From: Nitrososphaerales archaeon
GTDB taxonomy: Archaea > Thermoproteota > Nitrososphaeria > Nitrososphaerales > Gagatemarchaeaceae
Length of the DNA stretch: 64,000 nt
Assembly: GCA_035516335.1 (NCBI GenBank)
Contig: DATJAJ010000068.1
Span: 20,157 to 84,156, forward strand
Reading direction: 5' to 3'
In this document: one piece after another, positions 45,098 to 54,472 of the stretch
Layout of the letters: every line of letters begins with the position of its first letter
How positions within the stretch are numbered: the first letter of the stretch is position 1
Made by a program: the position numbers and the translations under genes
Notes under the pieces: generated by a model
Databases searched by the model: none
What the model was told of the DNA's origin: nothing
Seen by the model: the letters and a program-made list of their open reading frames with translations, nothing else

Positions 45098-48000
45098 ATG
45101 CAGTCCCTCACCACACGCGGAGAGCTCACCAAGAAGCTGGCGGAGCTCACGAAGCCGGTGGAGAACATGGAGGAGGCCCTCCTCATCTCGGCCGTGTACG
45201 ACGGCGACCTCAGACTGGCCGTGCTGAAGTTCTACGACCCGAAGGCGGGCCGGTTCTGGCTCTGGAGGGACAACACCGGCCACAGGCCGTACTGCTACAC
45301 GAAGCAGGCAAGAGAAGAGCTCCGCGACATAGCGGCCCGGAAGGACGTCCTCCAGATAGTGGACGAGGAGCGCCTCGACATGCTCTCGGACACAAAGATA
45401 ACGGTGCGGAAGATAATCACCACCGACCCCCTCGCCATAGGCGGCGGCAACGACAGCATCAGAGACAGGATCACCGCCTGGGAAGCCGACATAAAGTACT
45501 ACGAGAACTACACCTACGACAAGGGGCTCAAGATGGGGACCTACTACAGGGTCTCCGACGGCAAGGTCATCCCCGTCAAGCTCGACGTGCCCGACAGGGT
45601 GTCCCGCTCCCTCGAGGAGATTCTGAAGAAGAACACCCAGGAGTTCGCACCCTACATCAGGGAGTGGGCCGAGCTGCTGGGGCAGCCGCTCTGCGACTTC
45701 CGAAGGGTCGCCATGGACATCGAGGTGGCCAACGAGGAGGGCAGGCTGCCCGACCCCGAGGACCCCACCCGCAAGGTCATCTCGGTATCGTTCTTCAGCG
45801 ACACCGAGAGGATAGTCTACGCGCTCAAGAAGGAGGGCAAGGAGCCGAAGCCGGCCGACTACACGCTCGTGCTCTTCGAGGACGAGGCCGAGCTGCTGCG
45901 CGCCACGTTCTCCAAGATGATGGACTACCCCGTCGTACTGACGTTCAACGGCGACAACTTCGACCTCAGGTACCTCAAGCACAGGGCGGAGAAGCTGAAC
46001 ATCCCCGAGGAGGAGGACCCCATCGAGCTCCAGCGGATAGAGTCGGCCCTCAAGTACGGCGTCCACATCGACCTGTACAACTTCTTCAAGAACCGCTCGA
46101 TCCAGGTCTACGCCTTCAGCAACAAGTACTCCGACTACACCCTCAACACCATATCCGAGGCCCTGATCGGCAAGTCGAAGATCGAGTTCGAGGGGAACAT
46201 AGCGGACCTCCCCGTCGAGGAGCTCGCGAAGTACAACCTCAACGACTCCCAGCTCACCTACGAGCTGACCACCATGTGGGACTCCGTGGTCATGAAGCTG
46301 CTGATCGTGATATCCAGGATCGCGAAGATGCCCATCAACGACGTCGGGAGGCTGGGAGTCTCCAACTGGATCCGCAGCATGCTGTTCTACGAGCACCGGA
46401 AGCTCGGCGCCCTCATACCCAGGACGGAGGAGCTGGCCGAGAAGGGCGGCGCCTCGTCCCAGGCGATAATCAAGGGCAAGAAGTACAAGGGCGGCCTCGT
46501 CATCGAGCCCAAGCCCGGCGTCTTCTTCGACGTCTCCGTGCTGGACTTCGCCAGCCTGTACCCGAGCCTCATCAAGGTCTACAACCTGTCCTACGAAACG
46601 GTGGACTGCGGCCACGAGGAGTGCAGGAAGAACGTCATACCCGACACCGCCTCGTGGGTCTGCACGAAGCGGAAGGGCATCATCAGCCTCGTCACCGGCT
46701 CCCTGCGAGACCTGAGGGTCGGCCACTACAAGCCCCTGACCAAGGACCCGTCGCTCTCGAAGTCCGACAGGGAGCTGTACGGAGTGGTCACCCAGGGCCT
46801 GAAGGTCTTCCTCAACGCCTGCTTCACGGGGGACACTCAGGTCGTTACGCCCAGCGGAATCAAGAACATCAAGGACTTCAAGGTCGGGGACAAAGTCGTG
46901 AGCGTCAATCCCGAATCGCTGGCCGTCGAGGAAGACGAGGTCGTCGAGGTGCAGCAGTTCGACTACGCCGGCGAGTTGTACCACTTCAAGGACAACAGGT
47001 TCGTCGACCTCATGGTCACCCCAAACCACAGGTTCCTGACGCTGGACAGGAAGGCGAGCTCCAGGTCGGGAACGGTGTTCAGGACCGCGGAGGAACTGTA
47101 CGGCCAGACCAACGTTTCCATTCCGGCGCTGCGTTCCCCGATTCAGACAGGGCCGCCCAGGGACGTATCACTGCTCCAAACGGCCAAGGAGTTGGAGGCG
47201 TCTGTCTTGCTCTATTCCAACGGGACGCGGATTTCGACCTGGTTCAGGGCGCTATCGCCGGGGCTCCGTCTGAAAATCAGGGCCCACGGTTCCCTCCGCA
47301 GGCGTGGCTTCGCCGCAGACAGGACAAAAGGCTCGCACTACGTGGTACCTTCCAGGTTTGTGACCGAGGAGGACATCGACGAAGTCCAACGCGCGGGGGG
47401 TTTCGCTCTGCTCCAGACGCCGAGGGGGTCGAAGGTACCAGCCAGACTCGCCGCCGTCGCATTCGCTGAACTGTGCGGCTGGTTCGTGTCCGAGGGAAGC
47501 CTCTACGAGACCCCCTCGAGGACCTACGACAACGGAAACGTGCGAGGCCGGAGCAGCGGCATCACCATAACACAGAGCGTCGGGAAGGGAAACCCCAACG
47601 GCGTCCTGTACCGGGGCGACATAGCGAGGGTGCTATCGTCGCTCGGCCTGAGGGCGTCGACGGGCACCGAGGAGAGGTACTTCAAGGTCGCAAACGAAAT
47701 CCTTCACAAGTGGACCCTGGAGAATTGCTATTCGGGGAGCATGGGGGAGCACAGAGCGAAGAACAAGCAGATTCCCAGATTTGTCTTCGAGTCGAAGGAC
47801 AGCATGCAAGCCTTCCTGGAGGCGGCCTACATGGGCGACGGCACGTCCAGACAGACCATGTACCCCACAACGAGCCGAAAGCTCGCGGAGGACATGGTTG
47901 TCCTGCTGAGCCTCCTTGGAGCGAAGACGAAGATCAAGTGGGACAAGGAGATCTTCAGGGTCATCTTCAAGAACAGGAGCGAGAAGCTCACCTTCTCTGG

Positions 48001-50314
48001 CAGGGAGATTCACAGGCACGTCAGGAAATCGGACTACCTGGGAAAGGTGTACTGCGTCACCACCGCAAAGAACCACACCGTGTTCGCCGGCAGGGATGGC
48101 AGGTTCGTCCCCGTTGGACAGTCCTACGGCGTCTTAGGTTTCGAGACGTTCGCGTTCTACTGCCTCCCGGTCGCCGAGGCCACCGCCGCCCTGGGGCGCT
48201 TCGCCATCACCAAGACCATCAACAAGTGCCAGGAGCTCGGGATCCCCGTGATCTACGGGGACACGGACTCGATATTCCTGAAGAGCCCCTCCAAGGAGCA
48301 GATCGCAATCATCACCAGGTGGGCCGACAGCGAGCTCGGGGTCGAGCTCGACCTCGACAAGACCTACCGCTACGTCGCGTTCAGCAGCCGCAAGAAGAAC
48401 TACTTCGGCGTCCTGCCCGACGGGACGGTCGATATCAAAGGGTTGACGGGCAAGAAGTCCGTACTGGGGACCACGCCAATCCTTGCCAGGGTGAACGGGG
48501 AAACCACCCTCACGGACGTTAAGACCGTCTTCGAATGGTACGAAGAAGGGCGGAGGGTGGAGCTCCTGACGGTCTCAGACTCCCTGACTACACTCTGGCT
48601 GCCCATTTCGGACGCATCGGCGCACAGCGTGAACGAGATCTACCGGGTCGAGACCAGCAAGGGACGCGCGCTAACCCTCTCGGGCGACCACAGCGTCTAC
48701 ACGATCGACACATTCGGCAGGCTCAGCCACAAACCGACTCGAGCTCTCAGGCGGGGAGACGTGCTGGTGGGCGCCAGACTCGTCCCGAGACCCTCCGCCG
48801 CCACCGATGTCTCGGTCTTCGATCGCCTGAAGGACGTTGGGGTCCTCAGGGGAGACACGGTCAGATCCGCAAATCCTCACTCGACGACCGGAAGACCCAT
48901 CCCAGCCAGGCTCCCGCTGTCCGCCGACCTAGGATTCCTCCTGGGCATATACACAGCCGAAGGCAGCTCGCCCCGCAACGCTCAATCCAGGACGGCCTGC
49001 ATCAGCCAGAACCCCGCAATCAACAGGGAGGTCTGTGTCGAGATCGAGGAAGCGTGGAAGAGAACGTTCTGCTGGACGATCTCAGACCACATTGGTTCAA
49101 GGACGAAACGAAGGTACTATCTGCCGGTTCTGCACGGACTGTTCTTCGGCAGGTTGTGCGGAAGGGAGAGCGGAACAAAGCACGCTCCTTCAATCGCGTT
49201 CGATGCCCCCGACGAGTTCGTCGCGGCTTATCTACGCGGCCTGTTCTCAGGAGACGGATACGGTGACGGCAGGAGAGTAAACCTGCTGTCGAAGAGCGAG
49301 GCTCTTGTCACCGGCGTCGCATACCTCCTCGCCTACTTCGACATAGACTGCAGGATTCGCAGGGTGAGAGTCCCCCGCTACGGAGTCTACTTCCAGCTCA
49401 GCGTGATCGGAAGCGAGAGCCGCCGAGCTTTCTACAGGAAGATAGGATTCCTTCAGGAGCGCTTCTCCGTGCCTGTCAGACTGGGACCGAGGAACAAGGA
49501 GCTGCTTCCGATCAGGACCGATGGCTTGCTGAGCGTAAAGGCGGACATCGCCGAAAGCAGCGGAGTTGAGAGGTTCAGGAACATCAACTTCCACCGCTCG
49601 AGGTACTACAACCTCTCCCTCCTGAACGCCTACAACAGTGTGATCGGGAGACTGCTTGAGCACGCAGGGCCCGAGGAGAGGGCAAAGCTTACCAGCATCG
49701 CCACGATGCTGAACCGCCGGGACGTCTCGTACGACGAAGTCGTATCAGTAGCGAAGCTCCGAGGTACGTCTGAGATGTACGACTTCTCGGTTCCGCAGCT
49801 GCCCAGGTTCGTCGCGGGGAACCTGCCGACACTTCTCCACAACAGCCAGACCCCTGAGTTCCTCAAGAAGACGTTCTACCAGGCTCTGGAGATACTCAGC
49901 AGGGTCCAGTCGCCGGACGACTTCGAGAAGGCGAGGTCGAACATCAGAGACCTGCTCACCAGGACGGTCACGACCCTGCGGGACAGGAAGTTCCCGATGC
50001 ACGAGCTGGCGTTCAACGTCATGATGGGGAAGCCCACGGCCAAGTACGACGGCACGACCCCCCAGCACGTGCGGGCCGCGCAGCAGCTTGAGAAGAGCGG
50101 CCGCGAGATAAAGGCCGGCGAGATAATTGCATACGTGAAGACCAAGACCCCGCCTTACGTGAAGCCGGTGGAGCTGGCGAAGGTCGAGGAGGTCGACACG
50201 GACAAGTACCTGGAGTACGCCCAGTCCATGTTCGACCAGATGCTGGACGCCCTGGACTTCAGCTTCGACGAGCTCATGGGGGCCACCACGCTGGACTTCT
50301 TCTGGTCGTCCTGA
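45098..50314 (+). CDS. polB: family-B DNA polymerase, precursor containing two inteins
   Basis: Exo I VAMDIEV, Exo II LTFNGDNFDLRYL, Exo III YNLNDSQLTYEL, motif A VLDFASLYPSLI, motif B KVFLNA|SYGVLG (split by intein 1), and motif C VIYGDTDSIF. The start is placed at ATG 45098 (MQSLTTRGEL). Extein length is about 842 aa. Confidence 0.95.
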   Translation: MQSLTTRGELTKKLAELTKPVENMEEALLISAVYDGDLRLAVLKFYDPKAGRFWLWRDNTGHRPYCYTKQAREELRDIAARKDVLQIVDEERLDMLSDTKITVRKIITTDPLAIGGGNDSIRDRITAWEADIKYYENYTYDKGLKMGTYYRVSDGKVIPVKLDVPDRVSRSLEEILKKNTQEFAPYIREWAELLGQPLCDFRRVAMDIEVANEEGRLPDPEDPTRKVISVSFFSDTERIVYALKKEGKEPKPADYTLVLFEDEAELLRATFSKMMDYPVVLTFNGDNFDLRYLKHRAEKLNIPEEEDPIELQRIESALKYGVHIDLYNFFKNRSIQVYAFSNKYSDYTLNTISEALIGKSKIEFEGNIADLPVEELAKYNLNDSQLTYELTTMWDSVVMKLLIVISRIAKMPINDVGRLGVSNWIRSMLFYEHRKLGALIPRTEELAEKGGASSQAIIKGKKYKGGLVIEPKPGVFFDVSVLDFASLYPSLIKVYNLSYETVDCGHEECRKNVIPDTASWVCTKRKGIISLVTGSLRDLRVGHYKPLTKDPSLSKSDRELYGVVTQGLKVFLNACFTGDTQVVTPSGIKNIKDFKVGDKVVSVNPESLAVEEDEVVEVQQFDYAGELYHFKDNRFVDLMVTPNHRFLTLDRKASSRSGTVFRTAEELYGQTNVSIPALRSPIQTGPPRDVSLLQTAKELEASVLLYSNGTRISTWFRALSPGLRLKIRAHGSLRRRGFAADRTKGSHYVVPSRFVTEEDIDEVQRAGGFALLQTPRGSKVPARLAAVAFAELCGWFVSEGSLYETPSRTYDNGNVRGRSSGITITQSVGKGNPNGVLYRGDIARVLSSLGLRASTGTEERYFKVANEILHKWTLENCYSGSMGEHRAKNKQIPRFVFESKDSMQAFLEAAYMGDGTSRQTMYPTTSRKLAEDMVVLLSLLGAKTKIKWDKEIFRVIFKNRSEKLTFSGREIHRHVRKSDYLGKVYCVTTAKNHTVFAGRDGRFVPVGQSYGVLGFETFAFYCLPVAEATAALGRFAITKTINKCQELGIPVIYGDTDSIFLKSPSKEQIAIITRWADSELGVELDLDKTYRYVAFSSRKKNYFGVLPDGTVDIKGLTGKKSVLGTTPILARVNGETTLTDVKTVFEWYEEGRRVELLTVSDSLTTLWLPISDASAHSVNEIYRVETSKGRALTLSGDHSVYTIDTFGRLSHKPTRALRRGDVLVGARLVPRPSAATDVSVFDRLKDVGVLRGDTVRSANPHSTTGRPIPARLPLSADLGFLLGIYTAEGSSPRNAQSRTACISQNPAINREVCVEIEEAWKRTFCWTISDHIGSRTKRRYYLPVLHGLFFGRLCGRESGTKHAPSIAFDAPDEFVAAYLRGLFSGDGYGDGRRVNLLSKSEALVTGVAYLLAYFDIDCRIRRVRVPRYGVYFQLSVIGSESRRAFYRKIGFLQERFSVPVRLGPRNKELLPIRTDGLLSVKADIAESSGVERFRNINFHRSRYYNLSLLNAYNSVIGRLLEHAGPEERAKLTSIATMLNRRDVSYDEVVSVAKLRGTSEMYDFSVPQLPRFVAGNLPTLLHNSQTPEFLKKTFYQALEILSRVQSPDDFEKARSNIRDLLTRTVTTLRDRKFPMHELAFNVMMGKPTAKYDGTTPQHVRAAQQLEKSGREIKAGEIIAYVKTKTPPYVKPVELAKVEEVDTDKYLEYAQSMFDQMLDALDFSFDELMGATTLDFFWSS
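46820..48121 (+). mobile_element. intein 1 (434 aa) in polB motif B, with LAGLIDADG homing-endonuclease domain
   Basis: It begins CFTGDTQVV right after KVFLNA, has block B TPNHRF, LAGLIDADG motifs LCGWFVSEGS and FLEAAYMGDGT, and block F VYCVTTAKNHTVFAG. It ends ...FVPVGQ followed by extein SYGVLGF. Confidence 0.85.
48458..49843 (+). mobile_element. intein 2 (462 aa) downstream of polB motif C, with LAGLIDADG homing-endonuclease domain
   Basis: It begins SVLGTTPIL after DIKGLTGKK, has LAGLIDADG motifs LGFLLGIYTAEGS and YLRGLFSGDGYG, and block F MYDFSVPQLPRFVAG. It ends TLLHN followed by extein SQTPEFLKK. Confidence 0.85.
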
Positions 50315-50374
50315 GCGCTAGGCGGTTCATGACCCTAGGAAGGTTTATACCTAACGGGTTAGGGAAGCCTTACC

Positions 50375-51118
50375 GTGTCGTTCCCAGCAAAGTGGGCTAT
50401 AGCCTCGTTCCTCCTGGCCTCTATCTTGTTCGCAGCCGTTCCAGCGGCCGCCGCGGCCCGATCACCGGCGGCGAGCGTTCCCTCGATCGTGCAATTCGCG
50501 AGTGGTAACTCCCCTGGAGGCTCCGCCACCTCGGTCAGCCTCACCTTCTCACAGCCCGTCGCGGCGGGCGACGTCATAGTGGTCTGCGCCGGAATCGTCT
50601 CCGGGAACGTTGTGAAGATAAGGACCAACGCCCTGTACGACTCGCTCCAGACGAGCTTCACGCCCCTGGCTCACGCGAGGTCGATGGAAGGCCAGGACAA
50701 CTCGTTCGCGAAGGTCTGGTATGGCGTCGCGCAGACCGCCGGGACCGACTCAATCACTCTGAACTACATCTCTGGCCCGGCCGCTCTCTTCGGCTATGAA
50801 GTCAGCGGCGCGGGAACGGCCGCGAGCTCCTTCATGACGAGCCATAAGCAGGACAGCGGCAACCCCACGACGGGCTCGTTCGTGCACCCCTTCGCCCCCG
50901 CGGCGAACTCGCTCGTCATCGCATGCGGCGGCTTCTTCACTCTGGAGGGGGCGGGCAGCGTCAGCGCCGGCAGCGGCTACACGCTGGATCAATCGTTCAG
51001 CGGGAACAACGGGGCAGAGCACCTCTCAGGAGCCAGGGGCACCACGGCTGCGCCGTTTGGCTTCAGCCAGGTGGTCTATGAATGGTCCGAGGTCGCGGTA
51101 GGCATAGCCCCGGCCTAG
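50375..51118 (+). CDS. secreted protein, unknown function
   Basis: 247 aa with signal-like AIASFLLASILFAAVPAAAAARS. It is beta-rich, and no family was recognised. Confidence 0.55.
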   Translation: MSFPAKWAIASFLLASILFAAVPAAAAARSPAASVPSIVQFASGNSPGGSATSVSLTFSQPVAAGDVIVVCAGIVSGNVVKIRTNALYDSLQTSFTPLAHARSMEGQDNSFAKVWYGVAQTAGTDSITLNYISGPAALFGYEVSGAGTAASSFMTSHKQDSGNPTTGSFVHPFAPAANSLVIACGGFFTLEGAGSVSAGSGYTLDQSFSGNNGAEHLSGARGTTAAPFGFSQVVYEWSEVAVGIAPA

Positions 51119-51531
51119 CAACACTGAAACATCGGCTCCTGTCCCGCTGTCTGGACGCTTGCAGCGGCACGTGCGTAGCAGTCGTCTGGGAAAGCAGCTC
51201 TGACTCCGCGGGCATGATGTGCTTTCGAACTGGCGAGCCCACTCTACTGACGAAGTCAATTTCTGCATAGCCTTCGAAGATCAGGGTCTCTTCGAAGGGA
51301 CTTGGAACGGGAACCCGCGGGCCTCGTGGCCCAGAATCGTCTTTCCGGATCCGTACATCGCGGCACTTTGGTGCGAGCTCTTCCGTAGGCCAAGTCGGGC
51401 GCCCGATGGCGGGGTTCCTCCCGCACGTGGGGTGGGCCTATTGCGGTGCTTACTATAACCGGGACGCTGGTCGCCTAACGGGGGAACTTTGCGCGCTTCA
51501 CGGCTTCGCGCCACATGGATGGGCCCTTCGG

Positions 51532-53583
51532 TCAGAAGGTTCCGGTGATGGTGCCGGCCCCGTTGATGGTCGCTGCCGTGGCCGGGGAGGCCGTGTTTGC
51601 GATCACGATCGAACCGGTTGAGGCCCACGAGCTGAAGGCGAATCCGGCCGTCGCGAACGCCTGCAGGGCGACCACCGTCCCCACGGTGATGTACATCGTT
51701 CCGGTCGGACTGATCGTGCCGGAGCCCGCCGGGCTGACGATGAAGGACACCGAGACCTGCTGCACGAAGAGTATCAATTGGGTGGTCTGCTGCGGGACGT
51801 TCATGCATGCGTTGGTGTTCACTGCGGCGTACTGAACGCCGGTGCCGCCGAAGATTGGGGTCTGGGTGCTTGACAGGGACCAGCATTCAGAGCCCTGCGC
51901 CACGTTGTTGATGGTTACCGTCGAGGGGCTCCCTGTCGTCGAGAAGTACGACACGCCGCCAAGAGTGACGCTCCAGATGGTCCCCGACGGGAGACCCTGC
52001 TCCGTGAACGTGACGGTGCTCGTAACCTGCTTGAAGGTTGCCGTTATGGTCCCGGGGCCCGTGACCGTTGCAGCAGCGGACTGCGACTTGCCGTTCGAGA
52101 CCGTTATCGCGTTCTTGGCTCCCTTCCAAGCGGAGAAGGCGAACCCTGTGCTCGGGGACGCGAACATCGTGATCGTGCTCCCTGCGTTCACGTACTCCGG
52201 AGAGCTCGGGTTCGTGGAACCGCTGCCCGATGGCGACACGCTGAACTTCACCAGGAACTGCTCAGTGTACAGTATCGCCTGGGTTGTCTGCGAGGAGCCC
52301 ACGCTCATCGAGAAGCAGCAGCTGGGCGTCGAGTATATGGTGCCGCTTCCTCCGGCTATGGAAGCCGTCGGAGTGTAGCCGTAGGATCCCGCAGGCACGT
52401 TGCTTATGGTAATCGTGGTCGTCGTGCTCGTGTGGACCTGGCCGTTGAAGTCGACGCCCCAACCAGTTCCGGAAGGCAGGCCCGACTCGGTGAAGGTAAC
52501 GGTGCAGGTCGTGCACGGGGTTCCAGGGTTGAAGTTGGCGGTGATGGTCCCGGTGCCGCTGATTGTCGCAATCGTCGAGGCCGAGGTTGAGCTCGCGAAA
52601 GTGATCGAGCCCGTGGCAGACCAGGAGGAGAAGATGGTGGCGGCGTTTCCAAATGCCGTTACCACAATCTTCGAGGCGTCGTTGAAGAAGCTAGACCCGG
52701 ACGGACTGGTCGATCCAGAGCCAGACGGGTTCACTCCGAAAGTCACCTGGTCCTGCTTGGCGAAGACCAATTCCTGTGCCGTCTGTCCAGGAACGGACAT
52801 GAATCCGCTGGCCGGCGACGGAGAGAACTGGACCCCCGACCCGCCCGGAATCGTGGCCGCGCTCCAAGAATAGCCGCCCGCAGGGATCTTGGTGAAGGTC
52901 AGCGAGGTGCTGGTCGAGAACGCCTGATTCCCGTTGAAGGTCACGCTCCACTGGGTCGACGCGGGGAGGCCGAACTCCGTGAAGGTCACGGTAAACGAAG
53001 AGGCCTTGAAGTCGGCCGTCACGGTCCCCGGTGAAGTCGCCGTGAAGGTCGTGGAGGCCGTGGTCGAGCTCGCGACTGTAATGCCGGAGCTCGCGGTCCA
53101 CTTCGAGAAGGTCTGGCCCACGTTCGGTACGGCGCTGATCGGGATCGGCGTTCCCGCGTTGTAGAACGCGGTGCCGAGGGAGACGCTTCCCGTCCCAGAC
53201 GGACTGACTGCCATCGTGACCTGAACCTGCTCCGTGTAGACGACGGATTGCGTGTTCTGGACAGGGACCGTCCCGGATGTGTTCATGCAGCCGCCGGTCT
53301 GGCTGGTGGCGTACTGCACGTCGAGGCCCGTCGATATCGTGGACGCGGTCGACCAGCTAAGGCAGTTGGTCTGGGTCTCCCCAGTAAAGGTGATCGTGTT
53401 GGTCGTGCTGCTCTGGGGTGAGCCGTTGAACGTAACAGTCCAATTGGTGCCGGAGGGCAAACCAAACTCCGTGAACGTGACGTTCGTGGTGGAATCTGAC
53501 GCGGCGAACGCGACGCTGACGGAAGAACCGACGAGCAGTACAAGGGTTATGACTCCCACTAGTGCTTTGACTAGAGCATTCAT
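51532..53583 (-). CDS. secreted repeat protein (4 tandem ~163-aa modules)
   Basis: 683 aa with signal peptide MNALVKALVGVITLVLLVGSSVSVAFA. Each module has VTFTE(F/S/Q)GLP(S/A)(G/S)T.W.V followed by a VSPSGSGS...F..W segment resembling InlB-B/Listeria-Bacteroides-type repeats (memory-based). Confidence 0.75.
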   Translation of the reverse strand: MNALVKALVGVITLVLLVGSSVSVAFAASDSTTNVTFTEFGLPSGTNWTVTFNGSPQSSTTNTITFTGETQTNCLSWSTASTISTGLDVQYATSQTGGCMNTSGTVPVQNTQSVVYTEQVQVTMAVSPSGTGSVSLGTAFYNAGTPIPISAVPNVGQTFSKWTASSGITVASSTTASTTFTATSPGTVTADFKASSFTVTFTEFGLPASTQWSVTFNGNQAFSTSTSLTFTKIPAGGYSWSAATIPGGSGVQFSPSPASGFMSVPGQTAQELVFAKQDQVTFGVNPSGSGSTSPSGSSFFNDASKIVVTAFGNAATIFSSWSATGSITFASSTSASTIATISGTGTITANFNPGTPCTTCTVTFTESGLPSGTGWGVDFNGQVHTSTTTTITISNVPAGSYGYTPTASIAGGSGTIYSTPSCCFSMSVGSSQTTQAILYTEQFLVKFSVSPSGSGSTNPSSPEYVNAGSTITMFASPSTGFAFSAWKGAKNAITVSNGKSQSAAATVTGPGTITATFKQVTSTVTFTEQGLPSGTIWSVTLGGVSYFSTTGSPSTVTINNVAQGSECWSLSSTQTPIFGGTGVQYAAVNTNACMNVPQQTTQLILFVQQVSVSFIVSPAGSGTISPTGTMYITVGTVVALQAFATAGFAFSSWASTGSIVIANTASPATAATINGAGTITGTF
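51535..53481 (-). repeat. four tandem coding repeats, period about 489 nt (162-164 codons)
   Basis: The VTFTE anchor occurs at residues 35, 199, 362 and 524 of the 683-aa product. Copies are diverged at the nucleotide level. Confidence 0.7.
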
Positions 53584-53717
53584 GAATACGCGAGCTTCTA
53601 TTAGGGGCCTTATAAACGCTACCTAACCTGTTAGGGATGGGCACCGCCGCAACCGGGCGGTCCGATCCGCGGCTGGAAGAGCCAAGCGAGGATGCGTGTG
53701 GCTCAAGGGGCGAAGCC

Positions 53718-54341
53718 CTAGACCTCTTCGGGTCGAGGCTGGATCCGCGGCCGCTTCTCCAGGACGACCATCCTGCAGCTCAGGGCGCTCTCCTTCGAGA
53801 ACAGCGGAATCCTCACGACCGGACCGCGCTGGAACCTTGACTGCGTGAAGAACCTGTCGATGGCCTCCTCTGTCACGGGATTGAACCTGTGCCTGCCCAC
53901 CTCCTCTCCCGCACCCCGAATGACCGCTCTGCCTCCCGTCTTCAGCACGCGGTAGACCTCGGAGGCGTAGCCCTTCCTTTCGCCGTCCTCCAAGATGTGG
54001 AACAGACCCCTGTCGGTCACGATGTCGATGGAAGAGTCCCCAACGGGCAGCGCCGCCGCCGTCCCGGGCCGCCAATCGACGGGCACCCCCGCCTTCTTCG
54101 CCCTCCTGGCCGCGATCCTGAGCGCAACGCCGCTCTGGTCCACACCGGTCACTCTGAACCCGAGCTGGGCGAGGAAGATGGCGTCAAGCCCGCCACCGCA
54201 GCCCGCGTCCAGGATGCGCGCACCTTTCTTGAAGACTCCAGAGGCAACGAGCGCCGCGAGCTCGGGAGACGGATTCCCCACCTCCCAGTGGCGGTGCTCT
54301 CCGCTCCTGTAGGCGGGGTCCCAGGTGTCATCTTCGACCAA
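53718..54341 (-). CDS. class I SAM-dependent methyltransferase
   Basis: 207 aa with motif I ILDAGCGGGLDAIFLA, then VTGVDQS and IDIVTDRGLFH. Confidence 0.8.
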   Translation of the reverse strand: MVEDDTWDPAYRSGEHRHWEVGNPSPELAALVASGVFKKGARILDAGCGGGLDAIFLAQLGFRVTGVDQSGVALRIAARRAKKAGVPVDWRPGTAAALPVGDSSIDIVTDRGLFHILEDGERKGYASEVYRVLKTGGRAVIRGAGEEVGRHRFNPVTEEAIDRFFTQSRFQRGPVVRIPLFSKESALSCRMVVLEKRPRIQPRPEEV

Positions 54342-54472
54342 GTCGGCGTGTCAGGCAAGCGCACCCGTTGAAAACCCTTCGCGTCGGCCAACGCTCATGG
54401 GGGAGAGTCCCGAACGAACCGTTCCCCATACCATAAATACGAAATCGGCCGCCGTCTAAGAGAGCAAGCCAG

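Noticed and set aside
44978-47029. Upstream 684 codons of the 807-aa minus-strand ORF 44606..47029
   Set aside because: It is antisense to the well-supported polB gene. The translation is Val/Leu/Gly/Asp/Arg-rich low-complexity sequence typical of high-GC antisense frames. Only the last 123 codons (44606..44977) look like a real membrane protein.
45664-48522. 601-aa and 349-aa alternate-frame ORFs inside polB
   Set aside because: They lie on the same strand as polB but out of frame. Their composition is Arg/Gly/Pro-rich. The polB frame carries all polymerase and intein motifs.
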